Source of the DNA: an uncultured delta proteobacterium
Lineage (GTDB): Bacteria; Myxococcota_A; Polyangia; Polyangiales; Polyangiaceae
Reading direction: 5' to 3'
Assembly: GCA_963716725.1 (NCBI GenBank)
Contig: CAVQUB010000003.1
Span: 1 to 64,000, forward strand
Length of the DNA: 64,000 nucleotides
Both the position numbers and the translations under genes were made by a program. Of the stretch, positions 46,643 to 55,858 are shown piece by piece; position 1 is the stretch's first letter, and each line of letters starts with the position of its first letter. The notes under the pieces were generated by a model. It saw nothing but the letters and a program-made list of their open reading frames with translations, had not been told where the DNA came from and made no database searches.

Positions 46643-48643
46643 ATGGCAGCTCCGAACTTCAAAGCGATGGCAAAGCCCTGGCTGCCGTGGGCCGCGGTCT
46701 CGGGCGTGCTCGCCGTGGTGAGCATCCGCGCCGTCCTGGCGGAGACGGGCGGCGAGCCGGCGGTGCCGCTCGACGACAGCTTCATCCATTTCCAGTTCGC
46801 CAGGAGCTTCGCCAGCGGACACCCCCTGGCCTACACGCCAGGCACAGCCCCCACGCCCGGCGCGACGAGCCTGCTGTGGCCGCTGCTGCTCGCCCCGTTC
46901 TGCGCCGTTGGAGTCGGCGAGCTCGGTCTGGTGTGGGTGGCCTGGGCCTTTGGCTTCGTGGCTTTGTCGCTCCTCGCGATGGACACCCACCGCCTCGCGC
47001 TGGGGCTCACCAGCCGCCCCGTCGCCATCACCGCGGGCGCCATGGTGCCGGCCTTCGGGGGCTTGGTCTGGTGCGCGGGCAGCGGCATGGAGGTCGTGCC
47101 CTTTGCGTGGTTACTGGTGCGAGCAGCGAGGCTCGCGGCCGAGCGGGCCGAGAGCCCCACGCCGATGGCCAGGGCTCGGCTCGCGGAGCTGATCGCGGTC
47201 GCCTGCGCGGCGCAGCTGATGCGTCCCGAAGGCGCTATCGCCCTGGTCTGCGCTGCCGCGAGCATCGCGTTGCATGCGCGCGGGCGCGGGCGCGCGTGGG
47301 CGCTGGCGCCCATGGCCGGGCTCGGGCTCCCGCCTCTCGTCAATCGCCTGCTCACCGGTCAGTCGACGAGCACCACCGCGCTGTCAAAGTGGTTGCCACT
47401 CAATCCGTACCACCAAGACGAACGGCTCTGGAGCGCCATGCTCGCGAACATCGAGCTGGTCTTCTCAACGCTCTTCGACGGCAGGGTGTGGAGCGCTATC
47501 TTCGTCCCGGCCGGCGGACGCATCGTCGCCTGGCTCGCGCTGCCGGCGTTGATCGCCATGGCCTGGCACGCCAAACGCGGGCCGCGAGGCGCGTTTGTGC
47601 TGCTGATCGCCCTCGGCATGCTGATCCCCGCGAGCTTCGACTGCATGCTCTGCAATCGGCTGCGCTACCTGTGGCCCTTCGCACCCGGCTGGTTCATCGC
47701 CATCGCCGCTCTCGCCGAAGGCGCCGGGCTCGCCTTCGGGCGCTTCACGAAGCACGCCGGCGTCGCGCTGTCCGCGGGCCTGGTCGGCGCGTTTGCATCG
47801 CAGCTCTCGCCGTCCATCGACGACCTGGCGCAGAGCGCCGACGCCATCCGACGGCAGCAGACCAGCCTCGGGCGCTGGGCACGGGACACACTGCCCGCGG
47901 ATGCCATCATCGGTGTGAACGACACCGGCGCCATCGCTTACTTCTCCGGACGGCGCACCTTCGACGTGGTCGGGCTCACCACCAAGAGCGAGCCACGCTA
48001 CTGGGCGGCGGGCGCGGGCTCGCGCTTCGAGCACTACGAGCGAATGCCCCAGGGCCAGCTGCCGACTCACTTCATCGTCTACCCCGAGTGGATGGCGGTC
48101 CCGCAGATCATCGGGGAGGAACTCGCGTCGCGAACGGTCAACGCCACCATCTTGGGCGGCAAGACCATGACCGCCAGCGTGGCGAGCTACGACGTGCTGC
48201 GCTCAGCGGAAGAACCCTTGGGCGAGACCCGCGGCGAGCTCATCGACCGCCTCGACGTCGCCGATCTCGAGAGCGAAGCCGATCACGGCTACGCCCTCTA
48301 TTGGGCCACACAAGCCCAGAACCGCGTGCATGAGGCCTGGGTGGCCGATCGACGTCGCGCGGACGGCGGGCGAGCGGGCCGCACGCTCGAACGCTTCACG
48401 ATCAAGCTGCGACCGAGCGCGACGCTGGTCGCGCGCCTGATCGTCGAAACCCCGATGACGCTCGATCTGTGGGTGGACGGCCAGAAGCTCGCGCCGGTGA
48501 GCGTGAGCGCTGATCCGGAGTGGCAGGAGGTCGCGCTGCGGCTGCCGGCGGAGGTCGGGGACAAGCCCGCGAAGATCGAGCTCGCGGCGCCGGCCGGCCA
48601 GAGCTTCACCAGCCTTCACTACTTCAGCGTGGTGACGAAGTAG
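46643..48643 (+). CDS. Multi-TM GT-C-fold glycosyltransferase-like protein
   Basis: PLDDSFIHFQFA, GATSLLW, SGME, RPEG, NDTGAIAY, DVVGL. Confidence 0.75.
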   Translation: MAAPNFKAMAKPWLPWAAVSGVLAVVSIRAVLAETGGEPAVPLDDSFIHFQFARSFASGHPLAYTPGTAPTPGATSLLWPLLLAPFCAVGVGELGLVWVAWAFGFVALSLLAMDTHRLALGLTSRPVAITAGAMVPAFGGLVWCAGSGMEVVPFAWLLVRAARLAAERAESPTPMARARLAELIAVACAAQLMRPEGAIALVCAAASIALHARGRGRAWALAPMAGLGLPPLVNRLLTGQSTSTTALSKWLPLNPYHQDERLWSAMLANIELVFSTLFDGRVWSAIFVPAGGRIVAWLALPALIAMAWHAKRGPRGAFVLLIALGMLIPASFDCMLCNRLRYLWPFAPGWFIAIAALAEGAGLAFGRFTKHAGVALSAGLVGAFASQLSPSIDDLAQSADAIRRQQTSLGRWARDTLPADAIIGVNDTGAIAYFSGRRTFDVVGLTTKSEPRYWAAGAGSRFEHYERMPQGQLPTHFIVYPEWMAVPQIIGEELASRTVNATILGGKTMTASVASYDVLRSAEEPLGETRGELIDRLDVADLESEADHGYALYWATQAQNRVHEAWVADRRRADGGRAGRTLERFTIKLRPSATLVARLIVETPMTLDLWVDGQKLAPVSVSADPEWQEVALRLPAEVGDKPAKIELAAPAGQSFTSLHYFSVVTK

Positions 48644-48652
48644 CGACCGGCT

Positions 48653-49387
48653 TCAGATCAGGCACGCGGGCACGTCCAGACCCGCCTCGTCGAGCAGCGC
48701 GGCGTCGGCCAGGGTCACGCGGGCTTTGCCGCCGCCGAGGAGTCGCCCCTCACTCAGGACCAATACGTCGGAGTCGAGCTCGACCGCGGCCTCGAGATCG
48801 TGGGTGGCGAAGAGGGTCGTGGCGCCGCTGGCGCGGATTGCGTCCAACACACTGCGACGCGACCGCGAGTCGAGACTGGCGGTGGGCTCGTCGAGCAAGA
48901 GCAGCGCCGGCTCGAGCGAGAGCACGGCGGCGATGGCGAGCCGGCGCTGTTCACCCAGGCTCAGCGATTGCGGGCTCCGATCCTCCAAGCCCACGAGCCC
49001 GACGCGACTCAATGCGCCTCTCGCCAGCTCTTCGGCGTTGGGCAGGCCGCGCTGTCGAGGGCCGAACGCGGCTTCCTCCAGCACCGTGGGCAAGAAGAGC
49101 TGGTCCGCCGGCTCCGCGAACACGAAGCCGAGCTGCTTGCGAACCGTCACCAAGCTGCGCCGATCGAGCTCGAGATCGCCGACGCGGATCTTGCCGGCGA
49201 AGCGCGCCGCGCCGACCAAGGCGAGCAAGAGCGACGTCTTGCCCGCGCCGTTGGCTCCGACCAACGCGACCCGCGATCCCGCGTCGATGCTGGCGCTGAC
49301 GGCGTGCACCACCTGGGTCGGCTCGCCGCCCAGGCCGTCTTCGCGCCACACCTGGAGATCTTCGAGCGTGACGCGCGCCGGAGTCAC
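48653..49387 (-). CDS. ECF transporter ATPase (CbiO/NikO)
   Basis: GANGAGKT, LSLGEQRR, LLLDEPT, THD. Confidence 0.9.
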   Translation of the reverse strand: MTPARVTLEDLQVWREDGLGGEPTQVVHAVSASIDAGSRVALVGANGAGKTSLLLALVGAARFAGKIRVGDLELDRRSLVTVRKQLGFVFAEPADQLFLPTVLEEAAFGPRQRGLPNAEELARGALSRVGLVGLEDRSPQSLSLGEQRRLAIAAVLSLEPALLLLDEPTASLDSRSRRSVLDAIRASGATTLFATHDLEAAVELDSDVLVLSEGRLLGGGKARVTLADAALLDEAGLDVPACLI

Positions 49388-50016
49388 GAAGCCATCCCGT
49401 GCAGCGCGACGACGACGGCCAGCGCGCTCAGGCACACCAGCGCGTCCACTGCGCCGAAGCGCGACGCTTCCGGTGCTCCGTCGGCGCTGCGCAAGCGCAT
49501 CGCGAGATCGACGCGCTCGGCACGCGCGGCGGTGCGCACGAGCAGTTGCGACAACACCTCGGGTCCGAAGTGCTCTGCGCCGCGCAGGCGTCGGGCCAAC
49601 ATCAGCCGACGCCCCTCGGCGCCCACGTGGTCGAGCTGCCAGAGCAGCGTGTGCACCGCGCTCGCGAGGGACCGCGGCGTTCCCACGGCGACCAACGCGG
49701 GTCCGAGCTCGCGCAAGGGCATGGTGCTGGCGAGGCACGCCGACGCCAGCGCCGCTCCCACCGCGCGCAGCGCGATCACCACCACGCGTCCCAAGTCCAT
49801 CGAGAGCGCCAGCGGGACGAGCAACGCGCCGAGCGCGAGCAGCGCGGGCCCGAGCCGCCGCGCGAGCCAGGAGAAGCGCGGCCGGGTGGTCAGCAGCAGC
49901 GCGAGCAAGACCAGCGCCAGCGCCCACCGACTCGAACTCGAGCCGAGGGGCGCGGTCGCTATGCCCGCTGCGAGCACGACCAGACAGGTGATGCGCGCGA
50001 CGGGCGACACGCTCAC
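49384..50016 (-). CDS. ECF transporter T component (CbiQ/NikQ)
   Basis: TM helices; ARRLRG and RAERVDLAMRLR motifs; translationally coupled to its neighbours. Confidence 0.85.
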   Translation of the reverse strand: MSVSPVARITCLVVLAAGIATAPLGSSSSRWALALVLLALLLTTRPRFSWLARRLGPALLALGALLVPLALSMDLGRVVVIALRAVGAALASACLASTMPLRELGPALVAVGTPRSLASAVHTLLWQLDHVGAEGRRLMLARRLRGAEHFGPEVLSQLLVRTAARAERVDLAMRLRSADGAPEASRFGAVDALVCLSALAVVVALHGMAS

Positions 50017-50798
50017 TGGCGCGACCGTTCCACCACGCGCTCGAGCGCGTCTGGAACATCCGTGGCGAGGGGCAAGAGCGCGCAGGTGAGGCCGATGGCC
50101 AGGGTCGCCCACAGCAGCCCGACCCGCCGCGAACGAGGACGATCGTCCGAGCCGTCGATCATCATGGGCAGATCGGGGGCGGGCCGAGCGGCCACCAGCA
50201 GGCCCGGCGCCGCCTTCACCAGGTGTCGAAGCGCCAGCGCCGTGAGCACCCCCTCGATCAGCCCCGCCAGCATCTGAAGCCCCACCAGCCAGCCAAACGC
50301 GAGCACGACCGGCACGCCGGCCCCCGCGACCAAGGTGAGCGCCAGGCTGGACGCGCCGAGCGCGTTACCGATCACGGTGCCCAGCACCGCCGTCAGCGCG
50401 AGCCGCTTCGGTCCGAGCAGACGGTGCACCACGTGCACCGCCAGCACCGGGATAACGGCGATGTTGAGCACGTTGATGCCGAGGGCGCTCACGCCGCCGT
50501 CGGCGAACATCAGCGCTTGCACGATCAGCACCGCCACCAGCGCCAGCACCGCCCGCGCAGGACCCACCGCCAGCGTGAGCAAGCTCGCGCCGATCACGTG
50601 GGCGCTCGCGCCCGGCACCAGCGGCACGTTGAGCGCTTGCGCGGCCAAGACGAAGGCCGCCAGCGTTCCGGTGAAGGCCACGCCCCGGGACCCCTCGGCG
50701 CCGACGCGGCGGGTGACCAACACGGCGGCAGCCGCGCCGACGATGTTGGCGCCGATGAGCCAGGCTGGGTTTTCGACGATGCCGTCCGCGAGGTGCAC
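50013..50798 (-). CDS. ECF S component CbiM/NikM fused to a partial PDGLE (NikN-like) segment
   Basis: N-terminal (M)HLADG, AAFVLAAQ, SAHVIG, QALMFADGG; C-terminal ATDVPDALE. Confidence 0.88.
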   Translation of the reverse strand: MHLADGIVENPAWLIGANIVGAAAAVLVTRRVGAEGSRGVAFTGTLAAFVLAAQALNVPLVPGASAHVIGASLLTLAVGPARAVLALVAVLIVQALMFADGGVSALGINVLNIAVIPVLAVHVVHRLLGPKRLALTAVLGTVIGNALGASSLALTLVAGAGVPVVLAFGWLVGLQMLAGLIEGVLTALALRHLVKAAPGLLVAARPAPDLPMMIDGSDDRPRSRRVGLLWATLAIGLTCALLPLATDVPDALERVVERSRQ

Positions 50799-50958
50799 GC
50801 CCAATACCTAGAGCCGGCCCCGGGGTCGTGCCACCTTTTTCGACGGGCGTGCCACGGCGCCGTGATACGGCCCGCGAAGTCCCCGCCAACGAGCAAGTTG
50901 GCACGACCTCGACTTGGACGTACCCGCGAAGCTCGCGGGCAAGGTATAGGGGACACGG

Positions 50959-51903
50959 ATGCGCCGGAGGCCTCTCGGGAAGACCGGGCTGAGCGTGACC
51001 GAGCTTGCGCTTGGCACCTGGGGCCTGTGCGGTGACGGCTACGGGCCCGTCGCCGAGAGCGAGCAAGACAAGGTCATCGATCGCGCGCGCGCCCTCGGCA
51101 TCGCGCTCTTCGAGACGGCTGACAGCTACGCCGCCGGCGACATGGAGCGCCGGCTCGGCGAGCGCCTGAAAGCTGACGACGCCGCGCGCATCGTCACCAA
51201 GATCGGCACCGATCTCGACGCGCCGGTGCCGCGCAAGCGCTTCGATGCGAAGTATCTCGAAGCCGCCTTCGATGGCTCCCGCAAACGGCTTGGACGCGAC
51301 GTGCTCGACGTGGCGCTGCTGCACAACCCGTCCGAAGACGCGATCAAAGCCGGTGCGGCGGCGGACTTCATGGCCGGGCTCGTCGACGCGGGCAAGCTGC
51401 GCGCCTGGGGGGTCAGCGCCGGCAGCGTCGAGGTCGCGCGGGCGGCCATCGCCAAGGGCGCCCAGGTCTTGTCACTCGCGCTCAACGTGTTGGCGTCGAG
51501 CGACGTCGCCGCCCTCGCCACTGATATCGATCAGAAGGAGATCGGCGTGCTCGCCCACTCGGTCCTGGCCTATGGGCTCCTGTGCGGGCACTGGAGCGCG
51601 GACAAGGTCTTCGCCGACAACGATCATCGCGCCGAGCGTTGGACCAGCGACGAACTGCGGCGACGCCTGCGCCAACTCGACGCGCTGCGGCCCACGGTGG
51701 GCGGGCCGGTCCTGACGCTGCGCTCCGCGGCCTTGCGCTACGTCTTGCACAACCGCTCGGTGAGTTCGGCGGTGCTCGGGCCCCGGAGTTCACTACAGCT
51801 CGATCAGTTGGTGCGGGAGGCCGGCAAGGGACCGCCCTATCTGGAAGACTGGGCGCTGATCGCGCTCAGAAACCGCCTGCACGACGTCGGAGTCGACGCA
51901 TGA
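50959..51903 (+). CDS. Aldo/keto reductase
   Basis: LGKTGLSVTELALGTW, ETADSY, TKIG, LLHNP, GKLRAWGVS. Confidence 0.92.
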   Translation: MRRRPLGKTGLSVTELALGTWGLCGDGYGPVAESEQDKVIDRARALGIALFETADSYAAGDMERRLGERLKADDAARIVTKIGTDLDAPVPRKRFDAKYLEAAFDGSRKRLGRDVLDVALLHNPSEDAIKAGAAADFMAGLVDAGKLRAWGVSAGSVEVARAAIAKGAQVLSLALNVLASSDVAALATDIDQKEIGVLAHSVLAYGLLCGHWSADKVFADNDHRAERWTSDELRRRLRQLDALRPTVGGPVLTLRSAALRYVLHNRSVSSAVLGPRSSLQLDQLVREAGKGPPYLEDWALIALRNRLHDVGVDA

Positions 51904-52730
51904 GCGACGGCCTCGACCTGCTCGCGGGCATTGCGCGCGAGGCCGCCCAGATCATCAACGCGGTCTACGCGACGCCCTTCGAGGTCGAATACAAAACAGC
52001 GCACGACCCCGTGACGCTGGCCGATCGCCGCGCCAACGACCTGATCTGCCAGCGCCTCGCCGAGGAGTTTCCCGGCGTGCCGGTGGTCGCGGAAGAGAGC
52101 CCGCCCGAGTCCTTCGCGGACTACCGCGGGGCGGAGCGCGTCTTCTTCGTCGACCCGCTGGACGGCACCCGCGAGTTCGTCAAGAAGAACGGCGAGTTCG
52201 TGGTGATGATCGGCCTGCTCGAGGCTGGCAGGCCGATCTCGGGTGTGATTCTGGCGCCGGCAACCGGCGTGCTGTGGGCGGGCCGCGTGGCGTCGAAGGC
52301 CGAGCTCGTGCGGCCCGACGGAACGCGAGCCGCTCTCGGTGTGAGTTCGACGTCGTCCCTGGCGGAGGCGCGGGTCGTCTGCACGCGTTCACACAAGAGC
52401 CCGGCCCTCGAGAGAGCGCTCGACGCCCTCGGCGTGCGTCAGCTCGACGCGCTGGGCAGCGCGGGGCTCAAGTGCGCGGAGGTCGCGGCAGGAAGGGCCG
52501 ATGCCTACGTCGCACCGGCACGCGCGGGTTGCCGCTGGGACGTGTGCGCGGGCGAGGCCATCATTGTCGCCGCCGGCGGCGCGCTCACGGACGCTTACGG
52601 CGAGCCCATCGACTACTCGAGCGAGAGCCTGGTCAATGAGCGGGGCATCGTGGCCAGCAACGGTCGCCTGCACGACGCCATCCTCGCGCGGCTCGCCGAG
52701 GCCCGAGAACGCGAACGGGCCCGGGGCTGA
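51900..52730 (+). CDS. cysQ: 3'(2'),5'-bisphosphate nucleotidase (inositol monophosphatase family)
   Basis: PVTLADR, VAEES, VDPLDGTREF, GSAGLK, WDVCAG. Confidence 0.88.
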   Translation: MSDGLDLLAGIAREAAQIINAVYATPFEVEYKTAHDPVTLADRRANDLICQRLAEEFPGVPVVAEESPPESFADYRGAERVFFVDPLDGTREFVKKNGEFVVMIGLLEAGRPISGVILAPATGVLWAGRVASKAELVRPDGTRAALGVSSTSSLAEARVVCTRSHKSPALERALDALGVRQLDALGSAGLKCAEVAAGRADAYVAPARAGCRWDVCAGEAIIVAAGGALTDAYGEPIDYSSESLVNERGIVASNGRLHDAILARLAEARERERARG

Positions 52731-52732
52731 TC

Positions 52733-53881
52733 ATGCGCAGCGAAGCCGACGTGGTGATCGTGGGCGGGGGCATCATGGGGCTCGCCATCGCCTACAATCT
52801 GGCGAAAAACCACGGCCAGCGCGAGGTGGTGGTGCTCGACCAGTCCTATTTGTGCAGCGGCGCCAGCGGTCGCAACGGCGGCGGCGTGCGCGCCCAGTGG
52901 TCGAGTGAGGCCAACGTGCGCTTGATGCGCGAATCGCTGATGATCTGCCGCGACTTCGCCCGGGAGCACCGCATCAACACCTGGTTCCGGCAGGGCGGTT
53001 ACCTGTTCTTGGCGCGCAGCGACGCAAAGGCCGCGGCCCTCGCCAAAAACGCGAAGCTTCAAAACGAGTGCGGGCTTCCGACCCGGATGCTCGAGCCGCG
53101 GGAGGCAGCACGCATCGTGCCTGAGCTCTCGACCGACGGACTGGTGGCGGCTTGCTACAACCCCGACGACGCCGTGGTGTTCCCTTGGCCCTTCGTGTGG
53201 GGCTACGCCGAAGGCGCTCGCGCCCACGGCGTCGAGGTCGAGACCTTCACCCGCGTCACCGCCATCGAGACCACGGGGCGACGCGTGAGCGCGGTGGTGA
53301 CCGACAAGGGCTCAATCAAGACCAGCACGGTGGTCAACGCGGCCGGCGCCCTGAGCCCCGAGGTGGCGCAACTCGTCGGCATCGCCTTGCCCAACCGACC
53401 TCACCGACACGAGATCTGCTCGAGCGAGCCGCTCAAGCCCTGGCTCGAGCCGTTGGTGGCCGATCTGAGCAATGGGCTCTACTTCTCCCAATCCACCCGC
53501 GGCGAGATCGTCGGCGGCGTCACCAACGCCAAGGTCCCTGAGGGCTCCGACCAAGGGTCGTCGTATCGATTCCTCTCGCTCTACTCCCGCGCGTTGCTCC
53601 GAGCCTGCCCCATCTTGGGGTCCGTGAAGGTCCTGCGGCAGTGGGCTGGCCTCTACGACATCACGCCCGACTCCAGTCCGATCGTCGGCGCCGTGGACGA
53701 GCTCGACGGCTTCTTTCTAGCCTGCGGCTTCATGGGCCACGGCTTCATGATGGCGCCGGTGATCGGCAGGATGATGGCGGCAGTGATCGCCGGCGGCGCG
53801 GTCCCCGAGGTGTTCGACACCTGGAACCTGCGGCGCTTCGAGGGCGGCGCCCTGCTGAGCGAAGGCATGATCATCGGCTGA
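52733..53881 (+). CDS. FAD-dependent oxidoreductase (sarcosine oxidase beta / DAO family)
   Basis: VIVGGGIMG, GASGRNGG, WAGLYDITPD, GFMGHGFM. Confidence 0.9.
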   Translation: MRSEADVVIVGGGIMGLAIAYNLAKNHGQREVVVLDQSYLCSGASGRNGGGVRAQWSSEANVRLMRESLMICRDFAREHRINTWFRQGGYLFLARSDAKAAALAKNAKLQNECGLPTRMLEPREAARIVPELSTDGLVAACYNPDDAVVFPWPFVWGYAEGARAHGVEVETFTRVTAIETTGRRVSAVVTDKGSIKTSTVVNAAGALSPEVAQLVGIALPNRPHRHEICSSEPLKPWLEPLVADLSNGLYFSQSTRGEIVGGVTNAKVPEGSDQGSSYRFLSLYSRALLRACPILGSVKVLRQWAGLYDITPDSSPIVGAVDELDGFFLACGFMGHGFMMAPVIGRMMAAVIAGGAVPEVFDTWNLRRFEGGALLSEGMIIG

Positions 53882-53914
53882 CCATCGACGCGCCGCGTTA
53901 TAGACGCCCCTTCG

Positions 53915-53944
53915 TTGACAGCGGCTTTGCGGCCGACGTACGGT
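53915..53944 (+). promoter_or_regulatory. Putative sigma-70 promoter
   Basis: TTGACA-N18-TACGGT about 100 nt upstream of the 54042 gene. Confidence 0.45.
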
Positions 53945-54041
53945 CCCGCGGGGTTTCGGACCACCGGATTCATGGGGCTTTCGCGCCCTTCGCGGCGCCC
54001 GGACCCTACCGAACCAGACCAGACTCCGGAGGCAACACGAG

Positions 54042-55826
54042 ATGTTCCGTTCCTCGCGCGCGCGTGCGTCGCTCATCCGATCCCTGCTCCTTGGCACCGC
54101 CACGACCGCCTTCGCGGTCAGCGCGTCCAGCGTCCTCCTGGTCGGCTGCAAAGACGAAAGTCAGCCCGACTACTGGGTCGAGAAGCTGAACGAGGCCTCC
54201 TGGCGCTCGCGGTCGGTGACGCGACTGAGCCAGTTCTTCGAAGACGCGAGCAGCAAGGCCAAGGGCGACAACAACGACCCTAAGGTCCAAGAGCTGCTCA
54301 ACAAAATCGTCGACCCACTCACCAAGACCTATGTCGACAAGTACGCCGAGCTAGACACCAAGACGCGGGTCGCTCTGATCAAGCTCTTGGCAGCGTTCCG
54401 CGACAAACGCACGGAACCCGCGCTGAAGAAGGCCTTTGAGGAGTTCGCGAAGAAACCAGCCACCGGCAAGGACGACGCCGACATCAAGTGGGCAGTGCGC
54501 GCCGCCGCTGACCTGAAGCTCGACTCCCTGGCCGACCCGCTGGTGCAGGCCTTCTTGAAGCTGCGCGCCAGCACCATGCTGGGCGGCGTCACCTACAAGG
54601 ACTTCAACGACGCCATGGTCGCCATCAAGGCGAAGTCTTGGACCGGCCCGCTGATCTCCGCCCTCGACGCGCCCATCGAGCGCCCAGCGAACGACAAGGA
54701 GCGCGACAAGATCGACCCCTACAAGGACCAGCTCTTCTGGCAGACCACCGCCGCGCAGGTGCTCGGCGAGATCGCCGCGCCCGAAGCCGTCGAGCCGATG
54801 ATGAAGATCATGCTCGATCCCGCCAAGGCCGACGCCCAGGCCACCGCGGTCCTCGCCATGGTCAAGATCGGCAAGCCGGCGGCCGAGGCCGCGATCAAGC
54901 TCCTGAAGAGCGAAGACGAGAAGATGATCGCCTTCCACTACCGCCGCTTGAAGGAGCTCAAGCAGATCAAGGACGAAGACGAGAAGAAGCTGAAGGAGAA
55001 GCCCCAGGATGCGCCGCACGTTCAGACGGCCGCCATCATCGTGGGCACCATCGGGCGCGGCGAAGGCGTCGCTCCGATGCTCGAAGCGCTGAAGAAGGCC
55101 GAGAAGGACGTGACCCGCGCGCTGATCGCCCGGGAGCTGGTGAAGCTGCCGCGATCGGCGGAGTCACTGACGGCATTCAAGGAGGCTTTCGAGAAGATCT
55201 CCATCGAGGCCAACATCCCCCCGGGAATGAACGCGCTGCAGATGCTCGCCGAAGCTGCGGGTCAGTTCTACAACGCTGAGCTCATCGACTGGTTGCTCGA
55301 GCGCGCCGACAAGACCAAGGGCAGCGGCGACGACCTGAAGGCGCTCCAGGGCGCCATCGTGGTCACGACCATCAAGCTCGCCAAGACCGACCAGCTCGAC
55401 AAGGTCAAAGCCGCCGTGGACAAGTACGGAACCAAGCTCGAGAAAGACCTGTACGCGCAGGCCGAGAAGCTCGTGAAGCAGTGCACCGACAAGGCCGATT
55501 GTTACCTGGTCGAGATGGAGAAGAGCACGAACCAAGAGCAGGCCACGCAGTTCATCGGCATCAAGGCGGGCTACATGGGCGCCATCCTCGGCGGCGAGGC
55601 CCAGCGCGACGAACTGGTGAAGCGCATCGACTCCTTCGAGAATGCGGCGGTCCGTTTCGTGGCGGCTCAGACCATTGATCACCTCTCGCCCAAGGGCTCG
55701 AAGGAAGCAGCCGCGGCCTTGCGCAAGGTCGTCGACAAGAACGCGGAGGGCGGCGACAAGAACAAGATGTCGGGCGACGCCCCCATCAAACAGGTGATGT
55801 ACCGCATCGAGGCGCGCGCGGACTGA
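54042..55826 (+). CDS. HEAT/ARM-repeat alpha-solenoid lipoprotein
   Basis: SD GGAGG; lipobox LVGC; repeats like AAQVLGEIAAPEAVEPM and AVLAMVKIGKPA. Confidence 0.7.
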   Translation: MFRSSRARASLIRSLLLGTATTAFAVSASSVLLVGCKDESQPDYWVEKLNEASWRSRSVTRLSQFFEDASSKAKGDNNDPKVQELLNKIVDPLTKTYVDKYAELDTKTRVALIKLLAAFRDKRTEPALKKAFEEFAKKPATGKDDADIKWAVRAAADLKLDSLADPLVQAFLKLRASTMLGGVTYKDFNDAMVAIKAKSWTGPLISALDAPIERPANDKERDKIDPYKDQLFWQTTAAQVLGEIAAPEAVEPMMKIMLDPAKADAQATAVLAMVKIGKPAAEAAIKLLKSEDEKMIAFHYRRLKELKQIKDEDEKKLKEKPQDAPHVQTAAIIVGTIGRGEGVAPMLEALKKAEKDVTRALIARELVKLPRSAESLTAFKEAFEKISIEANIPPGMNALQMLAEAAGQFYNAELIDWLLERADKTKGSGDDLKALQGAIVVTTIKLAKTDQLDKVKAAVDKYGTKLEKDLYAQAEKLVKQCTDKADCYLVEMEKSTNQEQATQFIGIKAGYMGAILGGEAQRDELVKRIDSFENAAVRFVAAQTIDHLSPKGSKEAAAALRKVVDKNAEGGDKNKMSGDAPIKQVMYRIEARAD

Positions 55827-55858
55827 CCGCGCCGCCGGCCAGCTTGGAACCACCGTAG

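Noticed and set aside
45463..48333. 956-aa ORF and other long overlapping ORFs (e.g. 4013..5524, 27028..28527, 41706..43184, 56717..58375)
   Set aside because: These are shadow ORFs typical of ~70% GC DNA. They overlap well-supported genes and carry no recognisable motifs.
50800..50958. Cobalamin riboswitch upstream of the cbiM-like gene
   Set aside because: The gap is short and shared with a divergent gene, and no B12-box or GGGAA core motifs are recognisable.
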